Positions 37,686-52,005 are shown, counted from the first letter of the stretch. The stretch is DNA of 64,000 bases from Mustelus asterias (GCF_964213995.1 NC_135805.1:145204001-145268000); one strand, 5' to 3'. Program-made: numbers and translations. The notes: generated by a model from the sequence alone, not told the origin.

Positions 37686-38660
37686 AGGTGAAAGGGCAGG
37701 TGTTGCTCCTTCTGCAACTGTCTCCGCCACATCTGTTCTGATGATGCCACATTCCAGAATAGTGTTGCCAATATGTCTTCCTCAATCTTGGTTTTCCACC
37801 CACTGCGGTTGACAGGGCTCTTAACCAGGTCTGACCCATCCCTCTGGCCATTGCTCTCACCCCCAGAACCAGGATAGGGTCTCATTGTTCTCACTTTTCA
37901 CCCCAGAGATAAAGAAGGCGGAGAGCAGAGGGGTCCTTATGGTAGCTGGGCATTCCTATGCTCCTGACAAGCCTTAACTTTCTCTGCCTGCCAAGTTACG
38001 GGTATAGCTAAAAGAAATCCCGGACCCTCAACCCCCTCCATTCCCCATTGCACTGGTGGCCTGACTGATTTCTCTCTTTTTTAAGTTGGTGAGCTGCAGT
38101 TCCATGTTGAAATGCACTCCCTGTTTTATACTTTCCATTGCAGCTGGCTGCTCTTTTGATGATGGAATGGTGTGATTGGCCCTCCAACTTTGAAAGCCAG
38201 ACCACCATTCTTATTTGGATATAGGATCCCTCTCCATACCAATTAAGGGGTGCATCATTTAGAATTGGAAGTTTGAAGTATTTCCCTGTTTTGAGTTTGG
38301 GAACAGGAATCATGCCCACCCCAAAGTTGAAAATTCAGCTCTATCTCCATAAAGATCAGGATACTGTATATTTTATGCCTCCACTGATTTGCAAATGTAT
38401 ACATCTATGTCTCAGTTTATACACTTCCTTTCGAATTGTATCCTTTGTTTTATATTGTTTCTCCTTGTTTTTTCTATCAAATTCCATCACCTCATACTTC
38501 TCGGCATTGAATTTAATCTGCTACATGCTAAGTTTTTTTTCAGCAGTCACTTGAAGGCTGTCATTTTCTCTTTTACAATTCATAAGACATCTAAGTTATA
38601 GAATTGAAAATGGTGAAATTCTACCCTCCATGCCCAACTCATTAACATATTCCTGCATTA

Positions 38661-41122
38661 TAAGAACATAAGAACATAAGAAATAGGAGCAGGAGTAGGC
38701 CATCTGGCCCTTCGAGCCTGCCCCGCCATTCAACAAGATCATGGCTGATCTGAAGCGAATCAGTTCCACTTACCCACCTGCTCCCCGTATCCCCTAATTC
38801 CCTTATCGATCAGAAAACTATCTACCCGTGATTTAAACATATTCAACGAGGAAGCCTCCACCACTTCAATGGGCAGAGAATTCCAGAGATTCACTACCCT
38901 CTGAGAGAAGAAGTTCCCCCTCAACTCTGTTCTGAACCGGCCCCCCCTTATTTTGAGGCTGTGCCCTCTAGTTCTGGTTTCACTTCTAAGTGGAAAGAAT
39001 CTCTCCACCTCTACCCTATCCAGCCCCTTCATTATCTTATATGTCTCTATAAGATCACCCCTCATCCTTCTAAACTCCAACGAGTACAGACCCAATCTGT
39101 TTAATCTCTCCTCATAAACTACACCCCTCATCTCCGGTATCAACCTGGTGAACCTTCTCTGCGCTCCCTCCAAGGCCAATATATCCTTTCGCAAATAAGG
39201 GGACCAAAACTGCACACAGTACTCCAGTTGCGGCCTCACCAGTGCCTTGTACAGTTGCAGCAAGACCTCCCTGCTTTTATATTCTATCCCCCTCGCGATA
39301 AAGGCCAACATTCCATTCGCCTTCTTGATCATCTGCTGCACCCGCAGACTGAGTTTTTGCGATTCGTGCACAAGGACCCCCAGGTCCCTCAGCACAGTCG
39401 CACGATGTAATTTTTCTCCATTTAAATAATATTCCAATTTACTATTATTTCTTCCAAAGTGGATAACCTCACATTTGCTAACGTTATATTCCATCTGCCA
39501 GATCCTCGCCCACTCGCTCAGCCTATCCAAATCTCTCTGCAGACTTTCCGCGTCCTCCACGCAATTCATTTTCCCACTCACCTTCATGTCATCAGCAAAC
39601 TTGAATACCGTAGATTCAGTCCCCTCCTCCAGATCATCTATGTAAATGGTAAACAATTGAGGCCCCAGCACCGATCCCTGCGACACACCACTGGTCACCA
39701 ACTGCCAACCAGAAAAGCACCCATTTATCCCAACTTTCTGCTTCCTGTTAGATAGCCAATCCCCAATCCACGCCAACACCTTACCCCTAACTCCGTGTAC
39801 CCCAATCTTCTGCAGCAACCTTTTGTGAGGCACCTTATCGAACGCCTTCTGGAAATCTAAAAACACCACATCCACCGGTTCCCCTCTGTCAACCGCACTA
39901 GTGACATCTTCATAAAAGTCCAGTAGATTCGTCAAACATGACTTTCCCTTCATGAATCCATGCTGCGTCTGCTTGATCGAACCATTCTTATTCAGGTGCT
40001 CTGTTATTTCCTCTTTAATAATGGACTCTAGCATCTTCCCAACTACGGACGTTAAGCTAACCGGCCTGTAGTTACCCGCCTTTTGTCTACTTCCTTTTTT
40101 AAACAGCGGCGTAACAGTAGCTGTTTTCCAGTCAGCCGGCACTACCCCAGAGTCCAGCGAATTTTGATAAATTACTACTAACGCATCTGCTATTACCTCA
40201 GCCATTTCTTTCAGTACCCTGGGATACATTCCATCCGGGCCCGGGGGCTTGTCTACCTTCAGTCCTATTAGTCTACCAAGCACCACCTCCTTAGTAACAG
40301 TAATTGTATTAAGGACCTCCCCTCCCACCAACACTCGATCTCTAATATTCGGCAAACTATTTGTGTCTTCCACCGTGAAGACCGACACAAAGAACTTATT
40401 TAAAGTCTCAGCCATTTCCTCGTTTTCCACTATTAAATCCCCCCTCTCATCTTCCAAGGGTCCAACATTCACTCTAGCCACTCTATTCCTTTTTATATAC
40501 TTGTAAAAACTTTTACTATCATTTTTTATATTTTGAGCTAGTTTAGTTTCATAATCTATCTTTCCTTTCTTAATCGCTTTCTTAGTCGTTCTTTGTTTTT
40601 CTTTAAAGCTTTCCCAATCCACTAATTCTCCACTATTTTTGGCCACTCTGTACGCATCTGATTTTATTTTAATACTCTCCTTCGTTATCCACATCCAGTT
40701 ATCCTTTTTCTTACAGTCCTTCTTTATCACCGGAATATATTTTTGCTGAGTACTTAAAAAAATCTCCTTAAAAATCCTCCACTGTTCCTCAGCTGTCCTA
40801 CCTACCAGTCTGCTCGCCCAGTCTACATTAGCCAATTCCACCCTCATCCTATCGTACTCCCCTCTGTTCAAGCAGAGGTCACTGGTTTGGGACCCTACTT
40901 TATCTCACCCTCCATCTGTATCAGAAATTCCACCATATTATGATCACTCATCCCAAGAGGATCCTTCACAAGAAGATCCTTAATCCTACCTGTCTCATTG
41001 CACAGGACCAGATCCAAGATAGCTCGCTCTCTCGTAGGTTCTGTAACATACTGTTCAATGAAACAATCCCGACAGCATTCCAAGAACTCTTCCTCAAGCC
41101 CTCCACGCCCAATTTGAGTCGA
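38661..41122 (-). mobile_element. Young CR1 LINE with an uninterrupted 703-aa RT-containing frame, 5'-truncated within the endonuclease
   Basis: ORF 38760-40871 with all RT motifs (KFADD), upstream PTRERAILDLV/SDHNMV, and tail (ttcttatg)n. Confidence 0.97.
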
Positions 41123-41639
41123 TAAGTTTTCTGGGAAATCTCACTGTATACCTTCCTCCATTAATCATTCACCACAGTCTCAGTTGCCTAACACTCAGAC
41201 AACTCTATATTCATGTTGTTAATGTCCCTTTTATTTCATCCACTTCAACTTTACCATGACCCCATGAATAAGATCAAATACGTTTAACACACACCAAATG
41301 TTTCATAACGATTTGTGGAAAATGCTTATCATCATTTCAAATGGAAAATAAATAAACCAAATATTTGCACTTTGGACACAGGGAGCACACAGCTCTTGCC
41401 GTCAACATAGTGTGCAATCACCATGCAGCTCACTTCACTTGCCCTTGCTTTACATTCATCACTTCAGAGACACTGGTAAGAAACAAGAACTATGCTGATG
41501 GAAATCAGTGGAATGTAGCAACCCTGTGCATTTGTAATGGTCAACAAAGTGTCTCTTGGATCACGCACACAATCTAGATGAGCCACATGTGGCCTCTAGG
41601 CCACAGGTTGCCCACTTCTGTTCGAGCCTCTCCCACAAG

Positions 41640-42510
41640 TTGAAGCATCCTCCTCATATCTATGCTATTAATGTCCCTCAATATGTTGCAATATAACTTA
41701 TTGCACCCCTCATTCCTTCTAAACCGATTATGGGTTTAGGCTCCACCTGTTCAATCTTTCTTCTTAAAATAGGTCCCTCATCCCAATAATTTGTCGAGTG
41801 ATTAATCTCTGAATTGTTTCAAACACTTCATTTCATTTCAAATAAGGGACCAAACACAGTATTTCAGATTTGATCTCCCCAAAGCCTCTATAGCTGCAGT
41901 AAAACATCCTTTTATTTTACATTCCCTTTCCCATATTCCATTTGCCTTCCTACTCGCATGCTGTTTCTGCAGGGAAGCTTTGTATGTTTAAGTTTGTTTA
42001 TTAGTGTCACAAGTAGGCTTACATTAACACTGCAATGAAGCCACTGTGAAAATCCTCTAGTCGCCACACTCCGGCATCTGTTTGGGTACACCTGAGGGAG
42101 AATTTAGCATGGCCAATCCCCCTAACCAGCACATCGTTGGACTGTGGGAGGAAACCGGAACACCCGGAGGAAACCCACGCAAACACAAGGAGAACGTGCA
42201 AACTTCACACAATGACTCAAGCTGGGAATCGAACACGGGTCCCTGGCGCTGTGAGGCAGCAGTGCTAACCACTGTGCTACCATGACACCCAGATCCCTCA
42301 GTACCACCCTGTTCTATAATCTTTCCATTTAAATGGTGTGCTGTTTTTCTATTCTTCCTGTCAAAGTTGACAAATTCATATTTTCTCACATTATACTCTG
42401 GAAATCTTTATTTCACTCACTTTAACCTGTGGATATTCATTTGCAGCCTCTCTCCCTCCTCTTGACAACTTACTTTCCTAACTATATTGGTGCAATTTGC
42501 AAATTTAGCT
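41640..42510 (-). mobile_element. Old CR1 remnant with a SINE inserted at 41988-42285
   Basis: Decayed ORF2 C-terminal sequence flanking a tRNA SINE. Confidence 0.65.
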
Positions 42511-43637
42511 ATCAATCAATCGGGTTGTTTTGTTTTCTATAATCTGTTTATTTGTTAATCCACTCTTCCACTTCGACTTTTGTAGCTTATTCTTTGGTGT
42601 CCAGTATTCATCCTGGTTCACTCTTGAGTTATCAACTTGACATGTATTCTGCCATTCAGTTTCATGTCAATGTCTGTCTCCTTTGTTTTGGTTGTCCTAA
42701 ATTTTGTTTTGATGGAAATGAACCCCAATTCTACCCAAATCATCACCTCTTTAAAGGCAGCCCATTGTTTGTGTAAAAATTACACACGAATTATCAACCC
42801 CAAATTGTTGGGGACTATCTGTTCTGAAACCATTGACATTGACCTGCACCCACTTAGGTTTTTATATGCTAGATTGTTGCTTGTAATTTTCCACATCTGA
42901 TCTAAACCTATGCTACTATGATCAGTGTCCCATAAACATTCCCCATTTCTTACTTGATATGAACACAAGAATTTGGAGCAGGGGTAGGCCACTTGCCCCA
43001 TGACCCTGACACATCATTCAATAAGATCATGGTTAATCTGATTTTAAAAATTCCTACCAACAAGATTTTGCGCCATTGTTTATCAAAAATCCATCTACTC
43101 TGCCTTAAAAATGATCTGCAGGCAGACAGCTCCCACCTCTAGATTGCTATTATCTATGGTGGCTTCAATATTTATTAAAGTCTGCTGCAGCTCACGCAGG
43201 ATTGAATATTAAGATGGTTTTCGATTTTTCAAAAACCTCTTGTAGTGTAGTAGAGGTGTAAACATAATTGGTGGAATTGATGCTTGGGTTTCAGGGAAGG
43301 TGTGCAGATTTGGGAAGCAACTACGTGTTCAAGGACTTTGAGAAGGGAGGGGAAGCTGGACATAGAGAAGATATTTGCAAGGACAGATAGATCAAAAATT
43401 GATTTTTTTCATGGAGAGAGGTGACAATTAATGCATACATTGTGGATCAGTTGTCAGATTTGCCCCTCATCATAAATTTTGTGTGTAAATACCTAATGAT
43501 ACCACACAGATAAATTGTATGTGTCACATCACTGTTTAAATTTATAATTTCAAGATCTTACAATTTATATTTCTATCTATTCCTCTCATTAATAGTATAT
43601 TTTAGAGCATCCAAATCTTAGAACACCAGTCAACCCA

Positions 43638-43701
43638 ATGGCTGAAGGTTCTAACGGAGGAGAGGATCCAACATCTTCAAACAAAATGAGAATGGGCAAA
43701 G
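43638..43701 (+). pseudogene. Probable first coding exon of an NLR (NACHT-LRR)-like gene
   Basis: Pyrimidine-rich acceptor (ag at 43594-43595 or 43604-43605), ccaATGg, MAEGSNGGEDPTSSNKMRMGK, phase-1 donor AAG|GTAGG. Confidence 0.55.
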
Positions 43702-43849
43702 GTAGGTTCAGAAACCCTTTTTTTAATGTTATTTCTGTTCTTGTAAAAAGATCCAGATCTTGTGGAAGACCCACAGCTCGCACATAAAGAGTGAATAGGA
43801 CCGGGACAGGAAATGATAAATCAGTTAATCTAAATCTGCTGCCTGGCGT

Positions 43850-45100
43850 CTGTAATAAAGGATCGCTTGACAGAACATCTTCAAATTATCACCTGATCAA
43901 AGATTTGTGATCTGTAAGTCATGTCAGGTAAACCAGATTGATTTTTGAAGATGGGACCGGTGGATGCCAATGGATGTTACTTATATGGACATAATTTCTA
44001 CCATGTGAACATTTGATTAAAGTCCCTCAGCAAAGCCTGCCTTCAAGTTTAAACTTGTGAAATTGTTTAAATTACTGACCTGGTTTGGAAATTTAAGTGA
44101 CAGAAAGCAGAGTGTATGAATAATGGACAGAATTGACTAGTGATGGCTTCAAGTATTTGTTTTGGGGCCTCAATTATTCACCCCATTTATTGGCATCTTG
44201 ATTAATGAAGTAGAACGCCACATTTCCAAATTTTCCAATTACACAGTATGCTGCATTGTACACAGTGTTGATGGAAGCATAAAATTGCAGGGAGAATCTG
44301 TAGATTAAGTGAATGGACACAACTGTGGCAAACTGATTTCAATGTAGGCAGACATGAGGGCATTCCAGTGCATAAAAACTCAAAGGGGGAAGGTGTAAAG
44401 AATCTAGGCAGACCATGAACTTAGATTGCTTAAAAATGTCATGAACCACCGCAAAAACTAATCAAATAACTAAATGGAATGCTAACCTTTACATCTAATT
44501 CACACAAATGCAAGAGAATAGAAGTTAGGCCACCAATATGAAACAGTCCTGAATAAAACACACCAAGTTTTGGCCAGTGTCAAATCCTCTGGAATAGCAG
44601 ACTTGATGGGCTGAATGATCTACTCCTTTTATTTTCGTATAATTCTATGATATTGTCAGCAACAAGACACAATACCTTAGGATGGGTATATTAGTTTTCA
44701 AAAGGTGCAGCGTTGCTTTGTGAAAATGGTACTTGTACTTCAAGGGTTAAATGATGAGGAGTAATTATGCAAACTGGTGTTGTATTTCCTGTAATTTGCA
44801 ATGTTACAAGGCCATTTTATTGAAATTTTCAAAATATTAAGCGCAGATCGAAACCATTAATGCTTTTTGAGGGCTGGCGGCAGGAGGGGTATGGTGGAGT
44901 GTCTGGGAATCAAAAAATAAAGCTAGACCTTTCAGGAATGAAGTTTGTAAATAATGAAATTATTTCCACAAATTGCAATTGATCCTAAATCGGTTGTTGG
45001 TTTTACCTGAGATTGATGGCTTCCCATTAACCAGGGGATATGGAACAAAACCGAGCATGTGCAATTGGATCACAAATTAGCAATGATATCATTGAATACC
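43850..45100 (+). mobile_element. Very old CR1-like remnant
   Basis: Decayed ttggggcctcaattattc and tccaaattttccaattacaca (LGP.LF / SKF..DT) plus C-terminal remnants. Confidence 0.55.
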
Positions 45101-45221
45101 ACTAGTTATTTAGAAGATGTTTGATTATATAGCTCAGGAGGAGGCTTTATCAGTTTGTTTTCAGAGGAATTTTTAACAGCCTGGATAGAAGCTTGATGTG
45201 TTTAATTTCCTGTGTTCTCAG

Positions 45222-45388
45222 ATCCAAACTCGACAATTACTGAGTTTTTCACAAGGTGCAATGACTACCAATTGTTCCAGTTCACAAAAATCTACTAGGA
45301 CAGACTAGAACAAGCGATTGAAGAAGGGATAGAAGGTCTTGGTCTGCTGTTAACAGGTGAGGACCAATTTACTGGATATGAGTATCAT
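45222..45388 (+). pseudogene. Second NLR-like exon (N-terminal death-fold-like region) with an in-frame TAG
   Basis: tttcctgtgttctcag| acceptor and |gtaagt donor. Phase matches the previous exon. Reads DPNSTITEFFTRCNDYQLFQFTKIY*DRLEQAIEEGIEGLGLLLTGEDQFTGYEYH, resembling shark NLR N-termini as recalled. Confidence 0.6.
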
Positions 45389-45894
45389 GTAAGTGGGAAG
45401 GACTGAAAATGAAATAAATGCTGAAAAAAAAATCTAGACAGGTCAGGATATGCAGAGAAAGGAACATAGTTAATGTTTCGGGTCTGTGATTTCTATCAGA
45501 AATGTTTTTCCTTCCTTCCCATGTCACTGGATCAAAATTCTGGAGCTCATCGAGACTCAAAACATTAGCTCTCATCTCTCTCCACAGATGCTGTCAGACT
45601 TGCTGAGATTTTCCAGCATTTTCTGCTATTGTTACATCATCCCACAGATGGACTATTCAGTCACTTAAATGTGTTTCCTACAATTAGTTTTGAATGTCTC
45701 TCGTTTTAAAATCAGGATGAGTCCTCTGCTTCTATTGTACTGGGCAAAGTGAAGTAGCAACAATATCACCACTCAACCTGTTCTTTTCCAGTGACAACAT
45801 GTCCAGTTCATACACTTTCTCCAAATGCACTCCCGTCATTCTTTCTGTCATTCTAGTTGTACTCTTCAATAATCTTTTTGGACTTCAATGAAAG

Positions 45895-46490
45895 GAAAGA
45901 AAGGTTTGCATTTATATAGTGCTTTGCACAACCACCTGGTGTCGAAAAGCACCCAGAATCATAGAATCATAGAAACCGTGCAGTACAGAAAGAGGCCATT
46001 CAGCCCATCGAGTCTGCACCAACCACAATCCCACTCAGGCCCTACCCCCATATCCCTAAGTATTTACCCACTAATCCCTCTAACACATCTCAGGACACGA
46101 AGGGCAATTTTTAGCATCCAACCTAACCCGCACATCTTTGGATCCAACAGTTAATTAAGTACTTTTTGAAGTGTACTTACTGTTGTAATATAAGAAACAC
46201 AGCTGTGAAATAGTAAACAAAGAACTTGCATGAACTACAATGTGATAATCACCCGCTATTCTTTTTCGCATTGATGATCAAAGGATAAATATTGTCGTGG
46301 AAGCTGAAGAAAATTCCCTTGTTTTTGAAATGGTCCTTTGGGATCGTTTACTTTCACCCAACAGTCAGATGGGCCTCTGTTTAATGTCTTGTCTGAAAGA
46401 CAGCGCCTCTGACAGTATAGCACTCCCTTGACACTCCTGGAATGTCAGCCTTGATTTTGGTGCCCAGACATTGATTTTAGGAAGTGACAG
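45895..46490 (-). mobile_element. DeuSINE (SacSINE1/AmnSINE1-like), interrupted by an HE1-like SINE fragment (45956-46141)
   Basis: Minus strand reads gggagtgctatactgtcagaggcgctgtctttcagacaagacattaaacagaggccc (Deu-domain-like); tail aagcactatataaatgcaa. Confidence 0.65.
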
Positions 46491-47795
46491 TATAATCAAA
46501 CCCATTCCGTTCAATACTGCTTCATTAATACTGCCCCACGATCTAATTTTCTTCCCACACTGCAGCTGAAATTCCCTGCAGTATTAGATCTTATGATTGT
46601 AGAATGTTGCAGAAGGGAAATTAGAAAGTCAGAAAGACATGGGGAGTTCTGTCTCGTGTTTTTAGTGGTTCCTTAGCAGCAGCATTGCAGCTCATCAGGG
46701 GCACTTTAAGAAAATGGTTGCGTGACATCATCGGATGTGACATCTTTGGCCAGTTGCTATTAAATCTTTGATAGCGCACTCAAGCATTTTCCTCATTACT
46801 GACGTCAGCTGTGCAGTAGAGGAATTGCTTGTCGTGTTAATACCTGCTGAATAAATCTTAATTTTGTTGAACCCCTGTGGCCTGCTAAAGTCAATCCTGT
46901 GAACACCACCAAAAACCGGCAATGAGGAAGTCCAATAACGTTTGCAGCCACGTGAAGGAGCCGAAAAATTGGGAGAAAGTAACTTTGTAGAGAAGCTCGC
47001 CACGTGCTTCACTGAAAACATATAGCATATAGATTGGGCGAATCAAATTCATAATACTGTAGAGGATGTTTTTCTGGATCAATACATTGAGAACCAACTA
47101 GAGAACAGGCTGGTGTTGTGTAATGAGAAAGGAATAATTGGCAATAGAGTGTGCAAGGCCTCTTGGGGATGAGTGACTAATATGACAGAATTCTATATCA
47201 AGATGAAGAGAAGTTGATTCTGAGACGAGGGTCCTGAATCTTAATAATGGAAATTACAATGTTGTGACACATGAGTTGGCTATGCTGGATTGGGGGATGT
47301 TACTTAAAGGGATGACGGTGAATATGCAATGACAAACATTCCAGGAGCACATGGGTGATCTGCAACAATTCCTTATTCTTGTCTGGTACAAAACTGAAAT
47401 AGGAATGATGCCAAACCATGGCTTACAAGGAAAATTAGAGATAGTATAAAAATTGCCCAGAGAAAAATGATAGACTGGTAATTGAGTGCATTTTAGATTT
47501 TGACAAAGCAGGATCAAGGGATTAATTAACAAAGGGAAAACGGGAGTACAGGAGTGAGCTTGCAGAGGACATAAAAACTGACAAAGTTTATGTGCTTAAG
47601 TCAAGAGAAAAAGATTGGGAAAGACAAATATAGATCCCTTACAGCCTGAAACAGGAATTTACAACTGGGGAATAGAAATGACTGACCAACTAAGTACGTA
47701 CTGTGGTCCTGTCTTCACAAAGGAGGACGCAAATAAGATAGCAGAACTTTCGGGGAACACAGGGTTTCTTGAGGGGGAGTAACTGAAGGAGATCA

Positions 47796-50700
47796 CTGAC
47801 AAATCCTTTAAATTTTAAAAATGTCTTTAAAGTTTGCATCTATAAATGTACGCAGCCATTAAAGATGGTCTGAGATGTGCGACCAGCTTGTCTTACCTGG
47901 CCAAGGTCAAGGCTGACCTGCTGTTCCTGTAGGAGTGTGGAATACCCTACCTCAACAACTACAGGTGCTGGTCGAGTGTGTGGTCCCACGGACCGTCCAT
48001 CTGGTCCGGTGGGAACGACTGCCGTTCCTCCAGCCTAGGCATTCTGCTGCGAGGAGGCAACTTCACCGTCTCCGAAGTTAAGGAGGTGGTGGGAGGACGC
48101 CTCCTCATAGCAGACGTCATGAACAAAAACTGCCCCCTCAGGCTGATTAATGTGTATGCGCCTGCCGTCAAGACCGAGCGGCTAGCACTTTTTGAACAGC
48201 TGCCACTGCTACTCACCACCTCCAGGCCAATCATACTGGGTGGAGATTTTAACTATTATTGACAAGGCCGGCCGACCCAACAGGGCTGAAAGAAAACTGG
48301 ACGCTACGTCCAGAGCCCTGCTGGAAACAGTCAAAGATGCCAAGCTGCTCGACGTCTGCAGCAACCCAGCAGACGGAGGGCAGCGTAGATACACGTGGTC
48401 GCGGCCAGACGGGTCTGTCCGCTCCAGGATCGACTTCATGTTTGCATCCCGCACGCTCACGGTCAGGTCCACCGATGTCAAGCCGGTGTTCTTCTCTGAC
48501 CACTGCCTCCTGCTGGTAGACCGTCAGCTGGAGGAAAACCAGAAAGTGGGCAGGGGGTCCTGGAAGCTAAATGTAGAACTGTTGATCCCAGAGAACCTCG
48601 AGGAACTCAAAGGGGTTTACCACGGTTGGAGGAGCGTGAAACCCTTCTTTGAGTCTTCATCACTCTGGTGGGAAACCATCAAGGGCAACATCAAGAGGTT
48701 CTTCATCCGCAAAGGGGTTCAGAAGGCCAGGGAGAGACGGGGGGGAAATGTCCCGACTCCAGAAAAGCATGCAGGAGCTACTCCAACTGCAGTTGATGGG
48801 GGGTGATGTCAAGGAGGATCTCTGGGAGGTGAAGAGCCAGCAAGCCTTGCTCTTTGCCTCGGAGGCCTCCAAGGTTATCTTCCGGTCCAGGGTCCGCTCC
48901 GTGGAGCAGGATGAAACGTGCTCACGTTTCTTCTTCCAGAAGGTGCACAGAGAAACCTCTGTGATCAGCAGCCTGAAGGAAGAAGATGGCTCTGTAAGGT
49001 CATCGCATTTGAGGATCTGCAAATCCTTCTATGCCGGACTGTCTGACCTGAAGCCAACAGACAGCACGGTCTCCCAGTCTTTCCTGTTGTCTATCACGCA
49101 GGTCTTAGACAACGGCGAGCGGGAGAGCCTGGACAGACTGGTAGCTCTGGATGAGCTGACAAAGGCCGTTGAGTCCCTTCAGAAGGGTAAAACTCCCGGA
49201 AGCGACGGCTTACCGGCTGAGTTTTATTCGGCGTTGTGGGACTTGACGGGCCTGGACCTCCTGGAAGTATACGAGAGTATGCTTCTGGAAGGCAGCATGT
49301 CAGAATCCATGAGGAAAGGCATCATTACCCTCATCTACAAGCAGAAGGGGGAAAGGGAAGAAATTAGAAATTGGCGACCCATTTCACTATTGAACGTGGA
49401 CTATAAAATTCTGGCCAAGGTCATCGCCAACCGGGTCAAGTCTGCTCTGGGGTCAGTGATCCATCCTGATCAAACCTGTGCTGTACCCGGCAGGGAGATC
49501 TCTGATCGTCTCGTGCTACTCAGGGGTACGATCGCCTACATGCAGGACAGGTGGGTGGATACCTGCCTCATCAGTCTACCAGGAGAAGGCGTTTGACAGA
49601 ATATCGCACAGCTACATGATGGATGTGCTCTCCAAAATGGGCTTTGGGGAGGGAATCCGCAATTGGATCCAACTGCTCTACACCGACATCAGTAGCGCAG
49701 TTTCAATCAATGGGTGGGAATCAGATATGTTTCAGATCAGGTCTGGAGTCAGGCAGGGCTGCCCTCTCTCCTCCATCCTTTTTGTGTGTTGCATTGAACC
49801 CTTTGCCGAGGCCCTCCGAAGCGACCCAGGCATCAAAGGGGTCACAATCCAAGGCAGCGGAGGCACGCAGGTCAAAGCCTCCTCCTACATGGATGACGTG
49901 GCTGTCTTCTGCTCGGACCCCTCGTCTGTTCGCAGGCTCCTCCAAGTCTGTGAGCAGTTCGAGCTGGCCTCGGGAGCCAAAGTCAACCAGGGTAAGAGCG
50001 AGGCCATGTTCTTTGGGAACTGGCCTGACACATCCTTTGTCCCCTTCACCGTCAGGGCCGACTACCTCAAGGTGCTGGGGATGTGGTTTGGAGCGGCAGG
50101 GGCATGCGCAAAAAACTGGGAAGAGCACATCGCCAAAACCAGGCAAAAATTGGGATTGTGGGAGCAACGCTCCCTCTCTATCACTGGAAAAAAACCTTGT
50201 GATCTGATGCGAGGTACTGTCCGTGTTGTACGTGGCGCAGGTGTGGCCAATCCCCAAGTCCTACGCAGCAGCAGTGACCCAGGCCATCTTTAAATTTATC
50301 TGGAGATCAAAGATGGATCGTGTCCGGAGGGAGGCGATGCACAAATCTCCAGAGAGCGGAGGGAAAAACGTTCCCAACGCCGCCCTCATCCTGATGGCCA
50401 CCTTTGTGTGCGGCTGCATCAAGCTGTGTGTAGATCCTCGGTACACTAACAACAAGTGCCACTATTTTTTGAGGTTCTACCTGTCCCAAGTGTTGCGGAG
50501 GATGGGTCTGGCCACATTGCCGTGGAACGCTCCCAGTAGTTGGACCGTACCACAGCACCTGTCCTTCGTGGAGAAATTTTTGACCACATGGCTATCAAGC
50601 AGTGGTCAGCACATAATGTCCTTGAGGCCCTGAGAGAAAAGGAGACGGCAGATCCTGTCGGATGGTTCCCTGAGCAGACTGTCAATGTCATCTGGCAGAA

Positions 50701-52005
50701 TGTCTCATCACCAGAACTCACAAACAAGCACCAAGACCTGGCTTGGCTGGTGGTGAGAAGGGCACTCCCCGTCAGATCCTTTATGCACGCTCGAGGTCTC
50801 AACCTCACCGCACGCTGCCCTCGAAGCGGGTGCGGGGGTGATGAGACGGTCGCACACCTCCTTGTGGAATGTGCCTTTGCAAAGAAGGTCTGGAGTGAGA
50901 TGCAGTGGTATTTGTCGCGGTTCGTCCCGGGCAGCTCAGTGACGCAGGACTCTGTGCTCTACGGGCTGTTTCCGGGGACGCACACCGAGACAAATATCAA
51001 CTGCTGCTGGAGGGTCATCAACTCGGTGAAGGACGCGCTTTGGTCCGCCCAAAACTTGCTTATCTTCCAGCTGAAAGAATTGTCCTCGACCAAGTGTTGC
51101 AGACTGGCACATTCCAAGGTCCAGGACTACGTGCTCAGGGACACGCTGAAGCTTGGGGCAGCCGCCGCAAAGGCACAATGGGGAAAGGCCACCGTGTAAA
51201 GCCTTTCAACCGAGACAGACCGAGGGCCCGGTAACTGCAGAATACCATCAGCCTGCGTAACTGTGTGCCAATCTGAAAAATAACAGCACACAGTAAACTC
51301 TGATGTATGTACATAGTTTTAAGTAATGAAATGTGGAAGAACATAGAAACATAGAAAAACTACAGCACAAAACAGGCCCTTCGGCCCCACAAGTTGTGCC
51401 GAATATATCACTACCTTTTAGGCCCACCTATAACCCTCCATCCTATTAAGTCCCATATACTCATCCAGGAGTCTCTTAAAAGACCCTATTGAGTTTGCCT
51501 CCACCACCACTGACGGCAGCCGATTCCACTCGTCCACCACCCTCTGTGAAAAACTTCCCCCTAACATTTCCCCTGTACCTACCCCCCAGCACCTTAAACC
51601 TGTGTCCTCTCGTAGCAGCCATTTCCACCCTGGGAAAAAGCCTCTGAGAGTCCACCCGATCTATGCCCCATAACATCTTATATACCTCTATTAGGTCTCC
51701 TCTCATCCTACGTCTCTCCAAGGAGAAAAGACCGAGCTCCTTCAGCCTATCCTCATAAGGCATGCCACTCAATCCAGGCAACATCCTTGTAAATCGCCTC
51801 TGCACCCTTTCAATCTTTTCCACATCCTTCCTGTAATGAGGTGACCAGAACTCGTGTAATGAATGTCATGTTTTGTAAATAAGCACTGTATTGTACTGTA
51901 AAAATGATTTTTTTTGCACTGTTTGTAACTTTTGGATCTGTCGTTTTGCAATGTTTTATTTGAGAGTTTTTTTAATGAATAAAGTATATTTTTGAAATAA
52001 AAAAA
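47796..52005 (+). mobile_element. Tx1-clade non-LTR retrotransposon: near-complete but frameshifted ORF2 (APE-RT-zinc knuckle), poly(A) tail, 15-bp TSD
   Basis: ATG at 47821 (MSLKFASINVRS), INVYAP, GGDFN, FFSDH, WRPISLLNVDYKIL, GVRQGCPLS, YMDDV, CPRSGCGGDETVAHL, stop at 51199, aataaa-A tail. TSD aactgaagga(g/a)atca at 47781-47795 and 52006-52020. Confidence 0.93.
51337..51851 (-). mobile_element. CR1 3' fragment inserted in the Tx1 3' UTR
   Basis: ORF 51476-51823 ERVQRRFTRMLPGL; tail (ttctatg)n. Confidence 0.9.
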
